From: Bacteroidota bacterium
GTDB taxonomy: Bacteria > Bacteroidota > Bacteroidia > Sphingobacteriales > Sphingobacteriaceae
Direction: 5' to 3'
DNA: 64,000 bases
Assembly: GCA_013286325.1 (NCBI GenBank)
Contig: JABDFZ010000003.1
Coordinates: 4,021 to 68,020, forward strand
The notes below the pieces were generated by a model. The model had not been told where the DNA came from and made no database searches. It was given only the letters and a program-made list of their open reading frames with translations. Each line of letters opens with the position of its first letter. The first letter of the stretch is position 1. Shown here piece after piece: positions 57,983 to 64,000 of this stretch. The position numbers and the translations under genes are program-made.

Positions 57983-58828
57983 ATGAGAAAATTTAATTTT
58001 ATAATATATCCTCTTTTAACATTGGGTATGTTATCGTGCTCAAAAAAACAAACTGTATTACCTCCGTTTGTACCAATTACCCAACCGGCAAAGGTGTATA
58101 CGTTTGAGGCGACTCCTTCATGGTCGGATGAGTTTGCTACCGATGGTGCGCCTGACCCAACTAAGTGGACTTATGATACAGGCGGAAACGGTTGGGGAAA
58201 CCATGAGCTTGAGTATTATACCAACACAACAAACAACGCCAGTATTACAAATGGCATATTATCCATAACTGCCAAAAAAGAGAGTATGGGCGGCATGAAT
58301 TATACTTCGGCGCGCATGGTATCAAAAACTCCTAGCGATATGTTGTATGGCCGTATTGAGGTAAAGGCCAAATTACCGTCGGGCAGGGGAACATGGCCTG
58401 CTATATGGATGCTGCCTAATGATTATGCTTACGGAAGCTGGCCAAACTCGGGAGAGGTTGATATTATGGAAATGGTTGGCTACGACCCCAATAACGTGCA
58501 TTTCAGTATCCACGATCAAACAAATTTTGGCGGCAACTCGAAATCAGGAACTATGATGGTGCCGACTGCCAGCACCGATTTCCATGTTTACCGAGCAGAC
58601 TGGACACCAGATGGTATTAAAGGCTATTATGATGATAACCTGGTATATTCTTTTGCAAATGATAAAACAGGAAAGTCAGCAACATGGCCTTTCGATAAGC
58701 CGTTTCACATATTATTGAACCTGGCTATTGGCGGCGATTGGGGTGGCATACAAGGTGTTGACGACACTATTTTCCCTACTTCAATGCAGGTTGAATATGT
58801 GCATTATTACAAAATGATCACCAATTAA
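57983..58828 (+). CDS. GH16 endo-beta-1,3-glucanase (laminarinase-type) lipoprotein
   Basis: Lipobox LSC; WSDEF, GWGNHELEYY, GTWPAIWML, catalytic GEVDIME, NLAIGGDWGG. Confidence 0.93.
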   Translation: MRKFNFIIYPLLTLGMLSCSKKQTVLPPFVPITQPAKVYTFEATPSWSDEFATDGAPDPTKWTYDTGGNGWGNHELEYYTNTTNNASITNGILSITAKKESMGGMNYTSARMVSKTPSDMLYGRIEVKAKLPSGRGTWPAIWMLPNDYAYGSWPNSGEVDIMEMVGYDPNNVHFSIHDQTNFGGNSKSGTMMVPTASTDFHVYRADWTPDGIKGYYDDNLVYSFANDKTGKSATWPFDKPFHILLNLAIGGDWGGIQGVDDTIFPTSMQVEYVHYYKMITN

Positions 58829-58941
58829 TTAGCTATTAAGCACTTTTCAAATCATTCAATTTACATCGGGTCGAAAGATCAGGAAAGCTATGCTCCTGAA
58901 TTTACCTGCCGGTACGTTTTTAACTATTTAAAAAAATATTT

Positions 58942-60396
58942 ATGAAAAAGATCAGGAAGTTTACGTTACTGGTTACAATATTGAGCTTAATAACCGTTGC
59001 GTTTGGCTGCAGTAAAAAAAATCCTCCTATCGACAATGGTAATGGCGGCAATCCTGTTACCCCACCAGTAAACCCTGGTAAAACTGATGTTTCCATGTGG
59101 CTTACCAAAGCGGATGCATCTACATTATTAAGTCAGCAAAATGTATCATTGCTTTTCAGCAGCGCAACAAATACAAACACCACCATCAACGTAGATACAA
59201 CCCAAACCTATCAAACTATTGATGGTTTTGGGTTCTGCCTTTCGGGTGGCAGCGCATCTTTAATCAATAGTTTAGAGGATTCGAAGAAGACTGCATTGCT
59301 TAATGAATTGTTTGCCACAGATGCCACCAGCATTGGTATAAGTTATATCCGCATAACTATTGGTGCTTCGGATATGAGTGCAAATACCTTTAGTTATGAT
59401 GATGTTGCCGGCGATGTTAATCTTACAAACTTTAGCCTTGATAAGGAACAAACTGATCTTATTCCGATCCTGAAAAAAATCATTGCCATCAATCCTAATA
59501 TTAAAATTCTGGCCTGTCCATGGAGCGCACCGGCATGGATGAAAGATAATAATAGCTTTACCCAGGGCAGTTTGAAGTACGAAAACTATGGGTATTATAC
59601 CAACTACTTTGTAAAATACATACAGGGAATGAAGGCGGCAGGTATAACAATTGATGCCATTACCCCGCAAAACGAACCTTTAAACGCTTATAATACCCCG
59701 GCTATGCTCATGGTATCAGCCGATGAAGATAAGTTTGTAAAAGAAAATCTGGGGCCTGCATTTAAGACAGCGGGGATCACCACAAAAATTATTGTTTACG
59801 ATCATAATGCCGATCACCCTGAGTATGCAACAGATATTTTGGCCGATAAAGCCGCCAGTGTATTTGTTGATGGATCAGCTTTCCATTTATATGGTGGCAA
59901 CATTAATGCGTTAACTCCGGTACACACTGCTTATCCTGATAAAAATATTTATTTCACTGAGCAGGCAACATTTCAGGGTGGCAATTTTGGTGGCGACCTG
60001 GCATGGCATGTAAGTAATTTAATTATTGGTGCAACCCGCAACTGGAGCCGCAACGTGCTGGAGTGGGTGCTGGCTACCGATCCGAATAACGGCCCACACA
60101 CCAACGGTGGCTGCAGCACTTGTTTAGGCGCGGTAACCATTAGTTCGTCAGTTACGAGGAATGTAGCCTATTATATTATTGCCCATGCTTCGAAATTTGT
60201 AAGGCCGGGCGCAGTAAGAATAGCATCCGATCAGCAAAACACCTTATTGAATGTAGCCTTTAAAAACATAGATGGCTCAAAAGTGCTTATTGTGCTAAAT
60301 ACTTCAACCGGGGCACAAACATTCAACATAAAGTTTAACTCAAAAATTGTTACAACCACATTAGATGGCGGAGCTGTTGCAACTTATAAGTGGTAA
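58942..60396 (+). CDS. GH30 glycoside hydrolase (GH30_3-like beta-1,6-glucanase) lipoprotein
   Basis: Lipobox FGC; YQTIDGFG, IGASD, PWSAPAWMK, TPQNEP, YDHN, FHLYGG, FTEQ, HASKFVRPGA. Confidence 0.9.
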   Translation: MKKIRKFTLLVTILSLITVAFGCSKKNPPIDNGNGGNPVTPPVNPGKTDVSMWLTKADASTLLSQQNVSLLFSSATNTNTTINVDTTQTYQTIDGFGFCLSGGSASLINSLEDSKKTALLNELFATDATSIGISYIRITIGASDMSANTFSYDDVAGDVNLTNFSLDKEQTDLIPILKKIIAINPNIKILACPWSAPAWMKDNNSFTQGSLKYENYGYYTNYFVKYIQGMKAAGITIDAITPQNEPLNAYNTPAMLMVSADEDKFVKENLGPAFKTAGITTKIIVYDHNADHPEYATDILADKAASVFVDGSAFHLYGGNINALTPVHTAYPDKNIYFTEQATFQGGNFGGDLAWHVSNLIIGATRNWSRNVLEWVLATDPNNGPHTNGGCSTCLGAVTISSSVTRNVAYYIIAHASKFVRPGAVRIASDQQNTLLNVAFKNIDGSKVLIVLNTSTGAQTFNIKFNSKIVTTTLDGGAVATYKW

Positions 60397-60413
60397 TTGC
60401 ATTAAAGGCTATA

Positions 60414-61652
60414 ATGAAGATTAAGCGTATTTATTTTTTAATATTGATTTGCCTGATACCGGTGCTTGTTATATACATACAGTCGTTAAGCACACCGGCA
60501 AAAGCTGATGCCCGGGGCGACTTGTATGCCGGGCCGGATAAATGTATAAAGTGCCATAGAGACGTTTACAATTCGTATCTGCAAACGGCGCATTATCAAT
60601 CATCAAGGCCTGCATCGGTTCATAATGTACATGGTAATTTTATAGAGGGCCACAATGCGTTCGCATTTAGCGATCATTCAAAAGCGGTAATGGAAAAGCG
60701 TGGAGACTCGTTGTACCAGGTGGCTTATGAGGATGGAAAGCAAACCAGGGCCGAGCGTTTTGATATAACATTTGGCGGCGTTAAGGCCGAAACTTATGCT
60801 TATTGGAAAAACAACCAGTTGTTTGAACTACCAATGTCGTATTTTAATTCGTTGCATAGCTGGACAAACAGCCCTGGCTATAATACCCGTCGCCCGTATT
60901 TCGACAGGGCTATTGTACAACGTTGTTTTGAATGTCATAGCAGTTATATTGAGCGGCTACCAATTACCAGCATTGCTAACCAGGAGGACTCGTACAACAA
61001 AAGCTCGCTGGTATATAGCATTGATTGTGAACGATGCCACGGGCCGGCAGCTAACCATGTAAACTTTCAAACAGCAAACCCCGGCGTGAAGGAAGCAAAA
61101 TATATTGTTAAATATGCTTCATTAACAAGGGCACAAAAGCTGGATGCCTGTGCTGTATGCCATGGAGGTGGAAAGGACGTTTACTTGGAATCAGCTTTTA
61201 AATTTAAAATGGGCGATACGCTCGCAAAGTTTAAAGAGCCTACCTTTTTAAAGGAAGACCCAAACCCGGCCACACTTGATGTTCATGGTAACCAAAGCGG
61301 ATTGCTGGCAGCAAGCAAATGCTTTTTAATGAGCAATATGGATTGCAGCAGTTGCCATAACCTTCATGTAAATGAAAGCTCAAATATGGTTATTTACTCG
61401 CAACGCTGCATGAAATGCCATAACGAAGCCAATCATAATTTTTGCACTATGACACCTAAGCTGGGTATAACGATGAAGAATAATTGTATTGATTGCCACA
61501 TGCCATCAAAGCCATCTAACCTGATTTCGATAGCAACGGCGGGTGGTAAAAAAGAAGTTCCTTATTTGGTGAGAACACATCATATTGCCATATATCCCGA
61601 AGAATCAAAAAAGATACTGGCATTTATCAATGATAAAAAGATAGCTAACTAG
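60414..61652 (+). CDS. Multiheme c-type cytochrome (7 CxxCH)
   Basis: CIKCH, CFECH, CERCH, CAVCH, CSSCH, CMKCH, CIDCH; N-terminal TM/signal; ATG 60414 is 17 nt after the GH30 stop. Confidence 0.92.
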   Translation: MKIKRIYFLILICLIPVLVIYIQSLSTPAKADARGDLYAGPDKCIKCHRDVYNSYLQTAHYQSSRPASVHNVHGNFIEGHNAFAFSDHSKAVMEKRGDSLYQVAYEDGKQTRAERFDITFGGVKAETYAYWKNNQLFELPMSYFNSLHSWTNSPGYNTRRPYFDRAIVQRCFECHSSYIERLPITSIANQEDSYNKSSLVYSIDCERCHGPAANHVNFQTANPGVKEAKYIVKYASLTRAQKLDACAVCHGGGKDVYLESAFKFKMGDTLAKFKEPTFLKEDPNPATLDVHGNQSGLLAASKCFLMSNMDCSSCHNLHVNESSNMVIYSQRCMKCHNEANHNFCTMTPKLGITMKNNCIDCHMPSKPSNLISIATAGGKKEVPYLVRTHHIAIYPEESKKILAFINDKKIAN

Positions 61653-61761
61653 CCTTATTACAATACAATTTGAAAATCTTCAGCGTTCCAAAACGCTTTA
61701 GGAAGGATCAAGTGAGATTGATCCGGATTTAGTTGATGTTATCAATTTATTTGATGACTAT

Positions 61762-61794
61762 GGCGCTCCGGGGTGAGATACGGAGCGCCTTTTT
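61762..61794 (+). terminator. Intrinsic terminator closing the PUL
   Basis: GGCGCTCCG-10 nt-CGGAGCGCC followed by T5. Confidence 0.8.
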
Positions 61795-61899
61795 ATTGAT
61801 TCCAAAAACTATAAACCCAGCTTGCCAAATAAATTAATATTAAACGTGGCTAGCGATTAAAATTCTCGAATACTTAAAAAAGTGTGTTTTATAAAAAAT

Positions 61900-62013
61900 A
61901 TTGTCATTTCGAACGACAGAGAGAAACCTTCTACAGCTAATATTGGCGCTATACAAGTAGCCGACTTGCATATTGTAGAAGATTTCTCCTCGTTCCTCGT
62001 TCGAAATGACAAT
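61900..62013. repeat. GTCATTTCGA...TCGAAATGAC REP/MITE-like palindromic element
   Basis: Perfect 17-bp terminal inverted repeat ATTGTCATTTCGAACGA / TCGTTCGAAATGACAAT; inner GAGAAACCTTCTACA/TGTAGAAGATTTCTC. Confidence 0.8.
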
Positions 62014-62064
62014 CGAAGTTGTTTTTGGTCAATGTTTATCTTTGGGTAGTTCAATCATTAAACG

Positions 62065-63417
62065 TTAATATTTAGCAAATGTGAATTTTATATAATCATC
62101 GCAGGTAATGTTTTCAATTCTATACCCGCTATTCATAAAGTTTATTAGGTCGTCTTTATTTGAGTCGGTCAAAGACCTGATCGACCAATTTGTTACACCT
62201 GCTTTTGTAGACATAAACCCGAAATATCCATTTTGTACGTGTTTAAAGCAATACATATAATTGTACCCGTCGTTAGTTTGTTGCGTGTACCAGGTTTTAA
62301 AGTCGTCGTACGTTGGTTTTATTGCCCACGAATAATGAGTGGTGGCATCTTTTGTAAGTAAAACCCAGTATTGGGTTGAGCTCCAGTCTGTAATATTCTG
62401 AATTGAAAATCCGTCGTCTAAATATGGTTTAATATCATCGTGAAAGGTTGCTTTATTAATCGCCCTTGTTTTCTGCGCCCACGAAGTCGGATATTTAAGC
62501 ATCACAATAAACCATTTATTATTAATTTGTTCGGCATATTTTATATTATATCCCTTGTCGAAAAACTTCTGAATATCATCACCCGGATAGGTATCATAAT
62601 TCCAATACATATAGTAAAGGTTGGCCTCACTGTCTTTTTGCCAGTATATCCAATACACACCGTTTAGGTTAACTATAGAATAAGGCATCATCTTATTCTT
62701 CTGGCTATAATAGCTTATATCATATTGATTTATTCCATTCGGGTATTTTAATAACGAAGCATTACTGATGGAAGAAAAAATATCTACATAATACGAATGG
62801 TTGGAAGATAAGACAATGTCGTCGGCAAAACCACGATGCACTGCTGCTATTCTTTTTTCCAGAGTAGGGTGATCGGAGTAAGTATCGTCAAGCGGGTTAT
62901 TTAGCGAACTCAGCGCATAGATACAGTCCTCTTCGGTTCCACCCATTTTTTTTATTATGCTGGCAGCATACTCATCAGCCGCAAGTTCGAGCTGCCTTTT
63001 GTTAGAATTAGATGGAATTGCCTGCAGGGAGAAATGCTTTTTTGCTATGTGCGAAAACTCATGTGCTATGACAAAAGCATGAGAATAATATCTGTCATTC
63101 AAATTTGTTAACTTGTTTGGGTTAATTAATATGTACGATCGGTTTTCGGTTTGATCCCAATAGGCAAGGGCTGAATTCTTTAACCTGTCGCAGGAGATCA
63201 CTTCAATATTGTAACCGGAGAAATTCAGTTTATTATATATCGATTGTAAATCCTGCTCGGCTGTATTTACATCCATTGCAAACTGGGTATGTGTTGCAAC
63301 CAAGCAAATATCTTTAATATCAGTTTCCTGATCTGCAGGCAGGGAGTTTATGCCCTGCCCTTTCGTAATTACGCTTGCTAATAGTAACATTAATGCAATG
63401 CCAAGTGACCGTTTCAT
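62065..63417 (-). CDS. Secreted M48-like zinc metallopeptidase with C-terminal aromatic tandem repeats
   Basis: Signal peptide; AHEFSH, ELAADEYA, DHP..EKRI; repeats such as DIQKFFDKGYNI...KWFIVM and DIKPYLDDGFSI...YWVLL. Confidence 0.8.
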   Translation of the reverse strand: MKRSLGIALMLLLASVITKGQGINSLPADQETDIKDICLVATHTQFAMDVNTAEQDLQSIYNKLNFSGYNIEVISCDRLKNSALAYWDQTENRSYILINPNKLTNLNDRYYSHAFVIAHEFSHIAKKHFSLQAIPSNSNKRQLELAADEYAASIIKKMGGTEEDCIYALSSLNNPLDDTYSDHPTLEKRIAAVHRGFADDIVLSSNHSYYVDIFSSISNASLLKYPNGINQYDISYYSQKNKMMPYSIVNLNGVYWIYWQKDSEANLYYMYWNYDTYPGDDIQKFFDKGYNIKYAEQINNKWFIVMLKYPTSWAQKTRAINKATFHDDIKPYLDDGFSIQNITDWSSTQYWVLLTKDATTHYSWAIKPTYDDFKTWYTQQTNDGYNYMYCFKHVQNGYFGFMSTKAGVTNWSIRSLTDSNKDDLINFMNSGYRIENITCDDYIKFTFAKY

Positions 63418-63419
63418 AT

Positions 63420-64000
63420 TTAATTTTGTTTAAGGTTTACTAATAGAACTATGGATTGACTAAAATTATCGGGGATACTGATCTTTATTTTACCATCATC
63501 ATATCTTAATTGCGACTGCCCCTGGCCTGCATCAAAAGCGGTATTTAAATTAGTGAGCAGATCGCCGCTCTTGAGCACTGTAGATTCAAATCTTTCTTTC
63601 AAATTGTTTATCTCATGCTTCGATAAAACGATAACTATCCTATCGGAAACTTGGTTAAATACCAACACGCTTTGCTTAGGCAAAACTAATGACAGGTTAT
63701 TGTTATAGATGTATGGATTTTCGTTATTGAGCGGGAAATGTATCTGTGCTTTGCCGTTAGCATCGTAACTCATTATATAAGCATAGTATGCATCTGGCAG
63801 CCTGGTGAAATTTACTTTAAATAACTGCCCCTGGGGAGCATTTGCTTCATAATGATCGCTATTGAACGATACGTCAAGATTAGCATCAGGATGTACCGTT
63901 CCTTGTACCCGTTTATATTTTTCAAGGCTCAGTTCAAGCGTTTTATAGCTACTGCTAACAACTTTATGCTCGGTAAACACAACTCCGCCATAAGTGGCAT
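63420..64000 (-). CDS. C-terminal part of a protein with a DUF4384-like domain (starts beyond the window)
   Basis: Frame is open from 63998 to the stop at 63420; YYAYIMSYDANGKAQIHFP..N and RIVIVLSK resemble DUF4384. Confidence 0.55.
   Translation of the reverse strand, partial: ATYGGVVFTEHKVVSSSYKTLELSLEKYKRVQGTVHPDANLDVSFNSDHYEANAPQGQLFKVNFTRLPDAYYAYIMSYDANGKAQIHFPLNNENPYIYNNNLSLVLPKQSVLVFNQVSDRIVIVLSKHEINNLKERFESTVLKSGDLLTNLNTAFDAGQGQSQLRYDDGKIKISIPDNFSQSIVLLVNLKQN

Noticed and set aside
61857-62054. 65-aa minus-strand ORF downstream of the peptidase
   Set aside because: It simply reads through the palindromic repeat element; no coding features.

Overview
AT-rich Bacteroidota chromosome segment. 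Gene content, lipoprotein signals and TAnnTTTG promoters fit Sphingobacteriaceae, probably Mucilaginibacter-like (inference). About 1-36 kb is mostly core genes (mutL, bshA, rluB, uvrA, nnr, lipA, ribH, recF, ndk, nrnA, two FKBP PPIases, tatD, ansA, frr). Small accessory inserts interrupt them: a yefM-yoeB toxin-antitoxin pair with a TGTACA operator, an orphan double-glycine Cys-rich peptide gene between duplicated hairpins, a lipoprotein with a JAB/MPN-like C-terminus followed by two paralogous secreted proteins, and an unannotated 36-aa lipoprotein. The best candidate for an undescribed system is the five-gene operon at 36.1-39.2 kb. It encodes two paralogous small proteins sharing the near-terminal motif QEAMPCPGSPGCPKN, a stand-alone multi-TM protein, a sensor-less HisKA_3 kinase and a NarL-type regulator, with paired CGT-N6-ACG sites upstream, and it looks like a peptide- or redox-sensing circuit. 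39.5-61.7 kb holds a planctomycete-type PSD1/DUF1501/NHL/cytochrome c cluster. It is divergent from an ECF-sigma/FecR/SusC/SusD/SGBP/GH16/GH30 beta-1,3/1,6-glucan PUL that ends in a 7-heme cytochrome. Two genes there (PSD1 protein, ECF sigma) carry +1 frameshifts at or near 6-nt homopolymers. Many intergenic spacers carry inverted arrays of 7-9 bp repeats or GTCATT...AATGAC palindromes. No rRNA, tRNA, CRISPR array or transposase was seen. All family assignments come from motif recognition by eye, not database searches.
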